From: Phyllosticta citribraziliensis
Lineage: Eukaryota
Assembly: GCF_038025025.1 (NCBI RefSeq)
Contig: NW_027117343.1
Span: 2,294,001 to 2,358,000, forward strand
Reading direction: 5' to 3'
DNA length: 64,000 nt
Below the pieces are notes generated by a model that made no database searches, was not told where the DNA came from, and worked only from the letters and a program-made list of their open reading frames with translations. The position numbers and the translations under genes are program-made. This document shows positions 1 through 11,446 of this stretch, in pieces (the first letter of the stretch is position 1; each line of letters opens with the position of its first letter).

Positions 1-123
1 GTTGGGGATGAAGACGTATTGGTTCTCGGGTTGCTCTGACTTGGCGGAGAGGGTTCCACAAGGGAGGGGGTTGGAGGCAGCCACCTTGATGGTTTGCGGG
101 GGGACGGTTTGTGTTTGAGACAT
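1..123 (-). CDS. 5' end of a gene running off the left edge (MSQTQTVPPQTIKVAASNPLPCGTLSAKSEQPENQYVFIPN...), product unknown
   Basis: ATG at 123 in ACCACCATG context, frame open to the window edge, TATAAA about 90 nt upstream on the minus strand (~208-215). Confidence 0.5.
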   Translation of the reverse strand, partial: MSQTQTVPPQTIKVAASNPLPCGTLSAKSEQPENQYVFIPN

Positions 124-296
124 GGTGGTTGTAGGTGAGAGAGGAGGTGTCGAATGTAGTGGTAGATGGTAGTCTATGGTGATGGACAATGGCGGGCGTC
201 ATGGGTTCTTTATAAAGACAGCCGTGTGCATGCAAAGTCCGTCCGAGAGCGAAAGTTTGCTAGGGGGACTTGCCTATCGCCGGGAGGCAAGGTTCA

Positions 297-338
297 TGGG
301 CTTGGGCTTGGGCTTGGGCTTGGGCTTGGGCCGGGGCC
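297..338 (+). repeat. (TGGGCT)n hexamer tandem repeat with seven G-tracts
   Basis: TGGGCT x5 followed by TGGGCC GGGGCC, read directly. Confidence 0.9.
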
Positions 339-822
339 GGACTGGGGTTAGTCACGGGCCACAGACAATGCACCTTCAGGTCCGGTTGGCAGCAGCCTTG
401 CCCCTTTCGGCTGCCGCCAGATTACGTGACATGCCCCCCGTCCTTGGCTCGAAAATCGACCCTCTCCACGGACGACCGCCTGGCCCGCGCGCTGCAGTTG
501 ACTCTGTGTGCTGCTGCAGTGTTCGCGGATGAGCGTCCAGTGACGACAGTCAATGACGCTGAAGGAAGAAAATGGACTTAACGGAGTCGGGGGAAGGATT
601 TCTGGTCTGACGCGGCGTCTGGCGCCGGCAGCTCGGTCCCGGACGGACGTCGACGGAATTATCTTACAATAGCAAAGACTGACTTTGCCCGTCAAGGGAC
701 CATCTGACGGCTTTGCAATTTCGAGCTGGTCAACCATGTGCCCATCTCGTGTAGAGTTGGACCGGGGTGTCGTGTTAGAGAACAACGCTTGGTAGCAATG
801 GAATGTCACCATGCTCGACGCT

Positions 823-900
823 TGAGTGCTCCCCGTCAGTCGCAGTCATAGCATATGAATGCTGCCCGTCACCTACAGTCACCGCATATGAATGCTCCCC
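823..900 (+). repeat. Three 33-bp-spaced TGA(A/G)TGCT(C/G)CCC units, similar to the internal unit of the MITE family, no clear TIRs
   Basis: Cores start at 823, 856 and 889. Confidence 0.6.
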
Positions 901-1122
901 ACCACTAATCAACTTCCTTGAGTAAACTGCTCTTGTCGTGTGTGTCACGGCTTTTGTGGCCGAGCCTAGGTTGGAACCACTACCATGCCACTGATCGCGT
1001 GGCGCCCTGTCCGCCCTGCGCCTGGCCTGGACCGCTCGCCGCCTCAACACCACCACCACTAAGAATATCACTAAGAATACCACCACCACCGCTACAACTC
1101 ACCGCCGCCGTCGTCCTGCACC

Positions 1123-1971
1123 ATGCCCAGCGGCCCACACGACGCCAGCTTTGTGCCCGCCCTCATCGTCGTTGACGTGCAGGAAGACTTTTGTCCGCCC
1201 GTGAGTCGATCGCTGCGCGCCCCTCACATCACCCCGCACTCCGCCATTTACCCCCTCCACACCGCACCGTATCGCCCGCCACCAACGTCCATCCATCGCA
1301 TCGCTAACAATGCACCCAACAAGAACGGCGCCCTGGCCGTGCCCGACGGCCGCCGCGTCGTCGCGCCCATCAACGCGCTTCTCCGCCTACCCTTTGCACT
1401 AAAAGTCGCGACCAAGGACTTCCACCCGCCCTCGCACGTCTCGTTTGCCTCGAACCACACCCCGCCCGACAACGTCCCCTTTGCCAGCTCCGTCACCATC
1501 GTCAACCCGCTCAATGCCTCCGAGACGTGCTCGTCGCGCCTGTGGCCCCCGCATTGCGTGCAGGGCACGCCGGGCGCCGACCTGCTGCCCGACCTCGACG
1601 CCGCCGCGCTCGACGCCGTCGTCGAAAAGGGCCAGGACCACCGCGTCGAGATGTACAGCGCCTTTGCCGACCCGTTTCGCGCGCCGTGCGTCGCACAGAG
1701 CGCGTTGGAGGAGCTGTTGACGCAGCGCGGCGTCACCGACGTCTTTGTGACGGGCCTGGCCATGGATTACTGCGTCCGGTACACGGCCGAAGACGCCGTG
1801 GAGCGCGGCTGGCGCACGTGGGTGGTGGAAGAAGCGACCAAGGCCGTCGACGCCGACAAGTGGGACCAGGTGAAGCAAGAGATGGAGGCCAAGGGGGTGC
1901 GGTTCGCGAGCGTTGACGGAGAAGAGGTCGGCAGAGTCAAGGCCCTGGCCGGCAAGGACAAGATTGCTTGA
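1123..1971 (+). CDS. PNC1: Nicotinamidase/pyrazinamidase (isochorismatase family); exons 1123-1200, 1324-1971
   Basis: Motifs ALIVVDVQEDFCPP-NGALAV, KDFHPPSHVSFASNH, LWPPHCVQGT, VEKG, YSAF, GLAMDYCV. Intron GTGAGT(1201)...GCTAAC...AAG(1323). Confidence 0.95.
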   Translation: MPSGPHDASFVPALIVVDVQEDFCPPVSRSLRAPHITPHSAIYPLHTAPYRPPPTSIHRIANNAPNKNGALAVPDGRRVVAPINALLRLPFALKVATKDFHPPSHVSFASNHTPPDNVPFASSVTIVNPLNASETCSSRLWPPHCVQGTPGADLLPDLDAAALDAVVEKGQDHRVEMYSAFADPFRAPCVAQSALEELLTQRGVTDVFVTGLAMDYCVRYTAEDAVERGWRTWVVEEATKAVDADKWDQVKQEMEAKGVRFASVDGEEVGRVKALAGKDKIA

Positions 1972-2646
1972 GAAGTCTCATGAGTGATGACATGATACCA
2001 TCGGATGGGAATGAAGAGACGGATTATGCCATTCAGCCCTTCCCACCTCCCTGTCTGTTTACTCCTTCCCCCGCATCACGCTTTTTACCCGTCCGCTCCC
2101 AAGACGCTCCCGCTCCACACCTCCGTCCCGCCCCTCCGCCAAACTCTTGGCTCAGGGAGCGTTCCGCTGTCCTACAACACTGCCCCACGTCTCCCATGTC
2201 ATCTCTGTCCAGCCATTGAACTGCTCCCTCGCCCTCGTAATCAGGACTTGTTCAGTACCATGACTCGTTCTCAAATTGACCGCTCGCAACCATCTCGCCA
2301 CTGACAGGAGCATCCACGAATGATCTTTCCATCTTTCTACGGAACGCGAAGCCGCTCTCGTCATCATCCAACGCCTCTTGTCACTGTCCATGCAAGTATA
2401 TCTCCCGCGACACCCGCTGCACACAGGATAGAATGAGATATGCTCCTGGTGTTGGCAAGAGGACCAATGCTGACAGAAGCCAGGGTTTTTGGATTTTCCT
2501 CGCCGTCGGCAAGAACTCCAAGACGTCACCATCACCGTATTCGAGAGCAGTCCTGTTGACCTGCAAAATCCTCGTCACACAGCCTTGTGGCTACGAGTAG
2601 ACGGGCGGGCCTGCGGCAGCGGCCACCGCGGTTCTGGACAAGTTAC

Positions 2647-3656
2647 CTATGGTGATTGCCAGCGCTTGAGAGCCTGGTAAACCACGAGCTCGTCAAGGCA
2701 TCGTTCAGGAAGAATGTACCGCGCATAGTCTCTCCAATCTTTGTATTTTGGATGCGTGTCAACAAACTTGACGTACTCCCAGTACTCCGGGTACCACCCA
2801 GCATACTCCCAATCAAGCAGCGCGCGGATGCGATAGCTATCCTTATCAACAATGATATTAAGCTGCGTCAGGTCGCCGTGCGTAAACACGACGCGATGCA
2901 CCTCGCACGGTGTCGTCTCGTACACGTCCAGCTGGAACGCGTCAAAGGCGGCCTCGTCGGCAAACGGACCGCCGTGGCAGGCGTTGTAAAGGCGGCGGTC
3001 ACTCAACGCGCCGCCGCCACCCGCACGACGCAATCATCATCGCGGCGGCGCCCAGCGGCGACGTCTGCCGCCGCATCTCTTCCAGTATCGCGCGCAGCTG
3101 GCGCGCGACGTCCATCTTTTGCGCCGCCGTCATGGCCGGCCACACGTCCTCGAGCATGGCGCCGTCGATGTAGTCCATCCAGATGCTGACGCCGTGGCCG
3201 ACGCTGCCTGCGTTTGCTTTTTCTGTCGCCGCCGCCGCCTCTGCCTCTGCCTCTGCCTCTGCCTCCGGCGCTGGCAGCTCGTGCAGCCGCGGCACCGGCA
3301 GGTTCAACGTGCCCGCGTACGCGAGGGCGTCGCGCTCGGCGACGGTGACGCGCCGCCCGTGCTTGACGACGAGGTTCCCGGGCCGTCGTTCGACGCGGCA
3401 GCCGTAGCCGTCGAGGAGGACTTGCGGGGCTGCGTGCGGTGTAGTAAGCTTGGGGCGTTTGTGGATGGGTGGACGGATGGCGAGGGGCAGGAGTCGGGAC
3501 ACATAGGCATACGAAGGTCAAGGGGGGTTTGTAGGTTGGTATGACTTGCAAATGTGTGTGTAGGTACATGCCTGAAGCTGAAGCATGTTGCTCTTCCCGC
3601 GCCTCTGTAGCCGCCGCCGCCGCTTGCTGCTCCTCGGGAGGACCGGGACTCGCCAT
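2647..3656 (-). pseudogene. Aminoglycoside/choline phosphotransferase (APH) kinase-like gene with a frameshift near 3020
   Basis: N-lobe (LVVKHGRRVTVAERDAL, LPVPRLHE, IWMDYIDG) is in ORF 2999-3502 and C-lobe (FTHGDLTQLNIIV, LLDWEYAGWYPEYWEY) is in ORF 2647-3033, in different frames. First exon 3656-3572 joins through a GC-AG intron 3571-3430. Confidence 0.65.
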
Positions 3657-5145
3657 CGTTCCCGAGGGAGCAAGGAAGTGAAACAATTGCACCGAGTGAA
3701 GTGAAGCGTCGAGGTGGACTTTTGCGTTGCGTTGGCCTGTTCACCAAGGAACGCGAGAGGGAAAGCCTTCCATTCAGTTCCCTTCACACGAATGGCTGCG
3801 CCGACATCAGAGCAGAGCAAACAGAGCAGAGCAGCAGCGGAAGAAAGACGAGAGAGACGACGGAGGTGCGAGCTGCAGTCATCCAGAACGAAAAAGAACC
3901 AAGACCTCCCGCATCAAGCGCCGCAAGTAAGGCAGGTACGTACTAGATAAGCGCGCGTCTCTTCTCCGCTCCCCCTGTAGGTCGTCTCTACACCTCCCTG
4001 TCATGCGGCGCCGCTTTCAACATGTGCCACCGCCGCGGCCGGCCGGCGGCTCCAACGGTTTTCCGAAACACGTACAACCGCGCGCGCCATCATGCGTATG
4101 CGTTTCCCATGAACTTGCTCAACGGGCGTTTGGTTTGGCTAGGCGAAACAGAAGACCCAACGGCCGGCCCGCCAAACGAGTCGTCGACGACGACGGGCGG
4201 GAGACGGGCGGGAAGAAAACGGCTTCATGCTCACGCGCTGCGCATGATGGCCAACGTCACGTCTCGACAGTCAACTCGATCTCCATGTGCGGAAGCGTTG
4301 GTTTACTAGATGCATATGTATTTTACATTCATATTTTACGGCCACACCACCTGCTGAAGAAGGTGGCGGGACGGGGAGGCGGGGTATCTATCTCGCTTTT
4401 GTACGCGCGCTGCTAAACGTATCTAGGGTGGTTGGTTGGAAGAGCGCAGGGCGGAGGAGCGACGGAAGCAAAAGATATCCCCCAGGTCGCGTGCCAAAAC
4501 AAGACGTGCCCTCACGCATGCATGCATGCATGCAGCATGCATGCAGACCTTCGTTCGCGCGGTCCAAGTCGTTGCGCTTTTTCTATCTTTTCGTGTTGTC
4601 CGCCTGCTTGCTCGACGCCTCATCCGAGGCGGAGAAATTCGCCATGCCAAAAGCAGAAATGCTGCGCTCGTTTGTACTTCGTCGAGATCCAATGACAAAC
4701 GCCGCAAAGGAAACTCCGTGTAATGCCGTCTGTCTAGACTGATGATGATGCTGCTGCTGCTGCTGCTGTAAACGCCGGAAAAGAAGTCGTGTCGAAAAAC
4801 GTGGTGGTGGTATTTACAAGACTCGGGAATGCTCGAGGCGGTAATTGTACGCCCAGGGCAGTGAGTAGTGGGTCGTAAGGCCGACTGTCAACAAGCTCGG
4901 GTCCGCATCCAAGTCCGAGGATGGGAACGGCGAGTGTGCCGGACGTGTCGTTCGTGGCGGAATCCTGGCCGTTGGAATGACGGGGCAGGAGGGTCCACAA
5001 ATCGAGGATTTATAGTGGAATGAAGGGCCGCGTGTTCAGTCGCCGCCGCCTTGGTGGGTTCCGGAACGACACTCATTCTTGTGGGTGGAGCAGTAAGAAC
5101 TGTGGAACATTAGCGGCAAGTTTGCGCCGGATCGGGGGCTGGAGC

Positions 5146-6043
5146 TTACTTGAGAGGTATCCACTTCATCTCGGTTTGGTCGAAGCGGTGTCCCTCGTAC
5201 CGTGTGTTGGTCAAGCTCCTGGAACCGTACTCCTCCTGCAGCAGCGCTTGGTACGCAAACGGAATCTTGACGGGCATGTTTTCAAACGTGCTGTCGCGCA
5301 GAGGGAAAATGTCGTCGAAGCGGAAGTGATGCTTGTCCTTGCAGTACATCCAGCCTTCCTGGCCGTTTTCTTCACGCTCCTTGTCGTGGCGGACGGTGGT
5401 AATGTCGATGAAGAGACCCGTGTCGGTGTCGATCCAGCGGGCGTCAATGACGTTGAGCCAGTCCTTGGTCGAGCCGTTTGTGTAGTGGGGGTTGACCTCA
5501 ATCATGTAGTCGCGGCTCCTGTCGGTGCCGGGGATGTTGAAGTGGTGGACGCTCATGTTGTAGTACGAGGCCAGATAGTGCATGCTCTGCTCCGAGATCT
5601 GGACGTCGATATCCGTGTCCCAGGGCATGATCTTGCGATTCCACCACCAGCCCAGCAGAGAGCCGTGCATGATCCACGTTTCGGCGCCAATGTCGTGCAT
5701 GGTCGAGAGGTAGGTCTGGACGAGGGCGGTCAGGTTGGAGAGGCGGTCGTCATAAGACAGGGTCGTCTCTGCAAAGCGGCCGTCGTAATGCGGGTGGAAC
5801 TGTGGCACGGCGCGGTCAGGGTCTGTCGGGGCGGAGAGGGCATGGGAAACGTACAGTTGACTCGTGAAAGTACTTTTCGACGGGATCGCCCTTTTTGCCC
5901 GAGTGGTCCTTGCGATTCTTGGTCTTGACGCTGAGAAAGTCGGCATCGCGCTTCTGGAGCCTAGGGATAGTCGCGGGGGCGGCGTGGACGAGGGCGAGGC
6001 AGGCGGCGAGCAGCGCAAGCAATAGCGAGAGGCGGGTAAACAT
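5146..6043 (-). CDS. LicD/fukutin-family phosphotransferase (MNN4-like mannosylphosphorylation protein), secretory; exons 6043-5855, 5799-5146
   Basis: Signal peptide MFTRLSLLLALLAACLALVHA; motifs KYFHEST-FHPHYDGRF, WIMHGSLLGWWW, PWDTDIDVQ, IDARWID, GLFIDIT. Intron GTACGT...CTGAC...CAG (5854-5800). Confidence 0.9.
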
Positions 6044-7393
6044 GGCTGGAGATGGCGGTGGTATGGCGATGATGGAGTAGCGGCTATCGGGCAAACAGCA
6101 TGGTACGGGGAAAGAGGAGTGGGAGAGGGAGCGAGAGACGAGAGAGAGAAGAGGTGTCGGTCGCGTGAGAGGTTGCCGGAGCAAGACGAGGCTGCAGGTG
6201 CAGTCTTAAGTTGGCAATGCGGAGCGTGCGTGGGCCGTGTGGTAGCCGTAGTGGCTTCTGTGCGCGTCCAGTCCCCGTCGTCACAGGGGACCGTCCGCTC
6301 GGCGCATTTTGCAGCCACCGCAAGCTGCAATCCAACGCAAATTACTGCTAGCACCGATTATGTCTGCATGTATCATCCAAGCCGACTCCTTCTCGCGGTA
6401 AAAAGCTTGCGCGAGCGGCACCATGGATGCCCGAGAGCGAGGCCTCTACGCTACGCTACCTATGGCATCAGCGCCTCTGGTCGTGGTGCAAGCAGGCGGG
6501 CGTCGTAATGGGCGGCGCACAGGCGCTGTCATACGAAGACGTACCCACATCAAAGCTGGGGGATGCACCAGCATTGCACTGATGTTCTCACCGTCGTCAG
6601 GCGCGCAATGCAAACAAGCCGACTGAAATAGAATTTGTTATCTTGGGTTGCGTTGTCGCTCGGCGACGTCTTGTCGGCAGGGAACAACAGCTGGGCACCT
6701 CAGTCTGGGCGGGCGCGGCGCTGGCCAAGGCGTGGTTTTTCGTGGCCGCGCGGCTCCAGGCCAAGCTTTTACCAAGCTTTTGGGGCGACGCGCCACGAGG
6801 ATACCGACGGCGACGGCGACGGCCACCGACAGGACGAAACTGTTTGTTCGTTCCCGTCAACGTCGACGACGCAAACCAAACGTCGCGTCGCAGGACGCTC
6901 TCCTCCAACATGTCTCAGTCTACCGACATCCCTCGCTCCGCCTAGGTGCGGTGCCTGTCATCCAATCCCTCGTCATCCCTTCCGGCGTCTCGCCCACCAG
7001 CCCGGCTGTCATCGCTGACGCGGCACCGCCGAAGCCCTTTGCAGCTAGACCCTGGGACTTTCCGCCCACCTACCCTCCGAATCGAGAGACGTCAATTCCA
7101 TCTTCCCATGTCACCTCGTCCGACTAGATTACCACCCGCTGTCCTTGCCGCGACTGACACCATGTCTCGGTTCCATCCCTCGTCGACCACCACAAGACCT
7201 ACCATTCCTGTCACTCAACCCTCTGCTACTACAGTACCCACCGCTCTGCACCCTGGCGCTAGCATGCCGAACATCCGTCAAGACAACCACAAACACCACC
7301 CCAGGCGCAGCACAGCCTCTCGGCCCGCACCTTTAGACACACCCGTGGCGCACACTCAAGCTTCAGCCTGCAACGCCTCTCCCCTTTCCCTCA

Positions 7394-8556
7394 TTAGTCC
7401 CTACTGACCGTCGGGTCCCACGTACACGGCTCGTACGACCCCGTATCCAGCTTCGCCATGTCGTCTGCGTCGAGCTCGAAATCAAACACGTTGGCGTTTT
7501 CCTCGATGCGCGCCTTGCTGACCGTTTTCGGCAACGGCACGAATCCCTGTTGTTATTTTGGTTCAACGTCTTCTTCAGTAGCAGTGCAGACCAGCAGGAG
7601 CAGAGGAGAGGACCACCACACGCACCTTTTGCAAGCTCCACCGCAGCAAGATCTGCGCCGTCGTCTTATTATGCTTCTTGGAGAGTGGGACCAGAAGCGG
7701 GTCGTCGTTCCTGGTTGCCCTGACCAGCGGCGAATAGGCCTATCCGCAGCATCGCGCATAAGCAACGACCGAGCCAATCACGCAGCTTCAAAAGCCAACT
7801 CACCTCGAGGACAACCCCCCTATCCCGACACCACCGCACAACGTCGTCGCGCGCGAGCCACGGGTGCAGCTCGACCTACCCCTGATCAGCCGTCGGCTCC
7901 ATCTTCCCCACGTCTTCCCCGGACGCAGCACGCACCTGATTGACGCTCAGCATCCCGCCCTCTTCTCCCCTCTGCTTCCTCCCCTCCATGTACGCCTCCA
8001 GCTCCTCTAAATGGTGCACCCCATAGTTGCTCACCCCAATGCTTCTGACCTTGCCCTCCCCTACTGCCTCGACCAGCGCCTGCCACGCGCCTAGCCGCGC
8101 TTGCATCCCGCCATACGGCGCATGCAGCAGATACAAGTCGACGTATCCCTCGAGCTCCGGACACCCCGCCAGCGTCGCCTCGACGTCGGCCCGCGCCGAC
8201 GCATACGACATGGCGCGCGGGTGCACCTTTGTCGTGAAGAAGAGCGCAGATCGCGGCACGCGTTTGGCTGGAGAGCCGGGGGCGATGCCGCGCGCGCAGC
8301 CCGCCTCGTTGCGGTAGGCGCGCGCGCTGTCGACGTGTCGATACCCGACGCTGATGGCGTGGTGGACGAGGTCTTCGCAGTCGGCGGCGGGCCTGCGGAA
8401 GCCAGGTAGAAAGTGAGCGTTTCGTGACCGCACAGTCGAGATTGAAGTCCTTTCTTACGTCTGATACACTCCGAATCCCATGACGGGAATGTCATGGCCA
8501 GACTGCAACCGGTACGTCGACCCGATGTCCAACGGCGCACCGTTCTTCTCGGCCAT
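7394..8556 (-). CDS. Aldo-keto reductase, 5 exons
   Basis: IPVMGFGVYQ, GYRHVDSARAYRNE, FFTTKV, DLYLLHAP, RSIGVSNY, NQVELHPW, AYSPL, QILLRWSLQKGFVPLPK, FDFEL. D/Y/K/H catalytic tetrad present; four GT-AG introns. Confidence 0.93.
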
Positions 8557-9511
8557 GGCCGCGGTCCCAGAGACCGTGCTGCTTCTTCTACTGGTAGCCC
8601 CGCCCCTAATCGACGCCGCCGTTGCGGTATTCGGCCAGGTGGCCAGAGTCGCTGCTACGGCTGCGGGGCGCGGTCGAAGTGAAGCTAGTCTGCCAATCGA
8701 CTGGGAGGTCGACAGCCAGCAGCGCGCTTTGGTGGTGGTGGCGGTACTGCACATGCAGCGGGCAGGCGGGCAGGCGGGCAGGCGTGCAGGCGTGCAGGCG
8801 TGTAGGAAGGACCAGCAAGAAGCAGACGGCGGGGGGGGAAAGCTTCGTGTCACCAGCTGAGGTGCGTCGCGCTGCAGTCGGCCAGTCGGCGCGGTGTAAT
8901 TGCGATCGAAATCCAGATGAGCTGCTCGTATTGAAAGTAACGGCGCCGTGTGTTTTGGCAAAAGTGGGAGCTTGGGTGTTGTTCAACTCAACATTGAACG
9001 TAGCGAGCGGCACGAGCAACGGCGCCCGCCCGCCGTGTCGAAAGTGGTATCGATGACGTATAGGGGCGAGGATGCACGGCGGAGCGGGACGGCATCCGGG
9101 GTTCCGACTGGAGGACCTGAGGTTGACTCCACCAACTGGCCAAAGCTCCATCCACCAGGAAACCGCACGGTTCCTATTTACATGTTTGCATGCTACTGTA
9201 GTGGTTGTCGAGTAATCAGACAATGGTTCGTTAGATTTAGGGATCATCGCATTTCGTATAGTCGTATAGATCCACCCAGCCGGCGCCTGCAACCAAACAT
9301 GCTTCGGTTTACCACTGCAGGTTGCCAGTCCTTCGTTGGTCATGATCGAGAATGCACCAAGACAACCGAACAGTCATCGTGTTGTAATCTATCTATCCTA
9401 TTTCATCAACTCCAGCTCGTACATCGCCCAGCCGTGAGGAAGACCCAAAGTCCCCATCCAAACTCCAGTCCAAATCTCATAATCAAAACACCACCGCGGA
9501 GCAAACCCAAC

Positions 9512-10677
9512 TTAGTCGCGGTCTTCTCTCCATTCCACACCATTGCTGACTCCGCTGTCGTGGTCATGGTCGCGCTCCCCTGAAGCTCGTGGTTGGTTCT
9601 TCTTGTTCGTCACGTCGCCCTCGTCTTCACTGTCTTCGTCTTCGAATGCCGCCGGGTCTGCCAGCGGCTGCGAAGCCTCGCCAGTGGGGTCCAGGGTGTC
9701 ATCGGCCGATACTGAAATGCCCCTTGCTCCCCACTTAGAGTTGCGCGTCCGCGCAGGGGCATTCTCACCGTCACCAGCCTCCGCGTCGTACTCGTAGTCA
9801 TCGTTGCGGTCGGCGTCAGTACTCTTGCGTCCCAAAAAGCGTCCTACCAGCCAACCACGCGACAGGTCGTCACTGTCGACGACTCCACCCCCCCGAAGCT
9901 TTACCCGCTGCCTTGTCCAATACACCCACGCAAAGTCAATGTAGAGCGCCGTCTGTACGATGCCGTAGATTGTTCGCACAGGATCGAAATTGTGCTCCGG
10001 CCCGAAGCCTCGGACCAGCCAATTGAGTATGTAGAACCCGCGATATGATCCCAACGTGACAAGATAGAACGAGTCAATGACGGTTGGCACAGTGGTTTGG
10101 CGGAGCAGCATGAGTTGCGGCAGAACGCAGACGGATTCGAGGATGATTGAGAATACCCAGAGATTCTGAAAAGGAAAAGTTAGACCCATGCGGCGATATC
10201 CGGTATGATTACCCACCTCCGCAAAAGTGAACGGATGCCACTTGCGAAAGACCAGGGTTGTGAGGGGCGTCAGAACAAGGCTCCCGCCAAGCGCGTACAT
10301 GCCCAGCTTCACGGCCTTTTCCCTTTCGCGCGTTCTGGCGAATATCCGCATCATGACGAAGACGGTGTAGGACGAGGTTACAATGAAGTATATCTTGAGA
10401 ACAAAGTTCCACCAGCGGTGCCAGTCGTTGAAGATGGGGGTGTAGAGGAGGTCGACATAGCGGGTGCAGAAGACGACGACGTAGAGTATCTGCGTAAGTA
10501 GAGAGACGCCTGCGGGCAAAGAAGCGCGTTAGCTACAGCATCCGACATGCGCTCGACGCGAAACATGGACGTACCCTCTGCGCTTTTGTTGGAGTGTATC
10601 ACGGCGATGAGTATCATGTGCGAGATGGCGTGGGACAGATCGCCCAGAATGCGAAAGATGTTGAAATTGAACGTCAT
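9512..10677 (-). CDS. ERD2: ER lumen protein-retaining (HDEL/KDEL) receptor-like protein with acidic C-terminal extension; introns 10574-10510 and 10216-10166
   Basis: MTFNFNIFRILGDLSH, KSAEGVSLLTQILY, FCTRYVDL, WVFSIILESVCVLPQL, LGSYRGFYILNW, GIVQTALYIDF. Confidence 0.88.
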
Positions 10678-11446
10678 GGCGATGGCCGAGGCGTGGGGTG
10701 CAGCGGGGAGCTAGCGCAGAGCTCAACAGCACGGGAGCTCCCTTGCGAGGTGCCAGTGGTGGTGTTGTTTGGCTGACTCTGAGGTCATGCAGCTTGGTTC
10801 CACGTCGAACGGAACGGCAGCTAGCGAAGCCCGGTGCGTGCGCTCTCTGTTAGTCAGCACAAACGCCAAGCCAGGACCTGATGCCCTACCGCAGGGCAGC
10901 CGATTGTACGTACCTAGACGGGCAACTGTCCCCGCTCCACTAGGTGTGTGCCGTCCGACGTCGTCTAAGGTCAAGCTTCTGCTACAAAGCTTCATCAACT
11001 TGCGACTCATTCAGCCAGATCGCCCGACTGCTGTGAAACGACGAAGATCAAGCTACAGTTCAAATTCTGCGGGCCTCGGTTTCTTCACTCCGCTAGGCAA
11101 GACCTTTTGCCGCATATGTCCGGATCTACTTGCTGTCAATCGACAAACTTTGGTGCCGCGTCGTTGGATGCTTTCAAATGGACGAATTATAAGAGCCGAG
11201 AGTGAGCGCCACTTCGGTTTCACTGCTCAGGCTGCCAATTAGAGTCGAATGTTGGAGCGAGTTCGACCAGTAGGGTCGCGCGACCCCAGGTGCCTCATTT
11301 AGGTCCTTCAGGATATGAGGCCGTACGCCTGATTAGGATGATTCAAGCGGTGGTACCAGAATATCTTGGTGCTCAGCTGTTATAAGCGGCCCTCCTCAGC
11401 GAGCCCCCTAGAGTAAGTCGTAAAATTGTACACTCTTTTGTCCATC

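Noticed and set aside
775..1089. ORFs with 11-aa xEHS repeats (also 19442-19681 and 59277-59516)
   Set aside because: They are translations of the 33-bp DNA unit; starts and frames are inconsistent between copies.
4516..4546. (ATGC)n self-complementary repeat
   Set aside because: Ordinary microsatellite in a microsatellite-rich genome.
5020..5928. Long antisense ORFs (also 31421-32575, 40090-40863, 38349-39242)
   Set aside because: Shadows of GC3-rich genes on the opposite strand, with no recognisable domains.
11250..11290. GTTCGA box and palindrome GGGTCGCGCGACCC suggesting a tRNA
   Set aside because: No cloverleaf or A-box geometry could be built.
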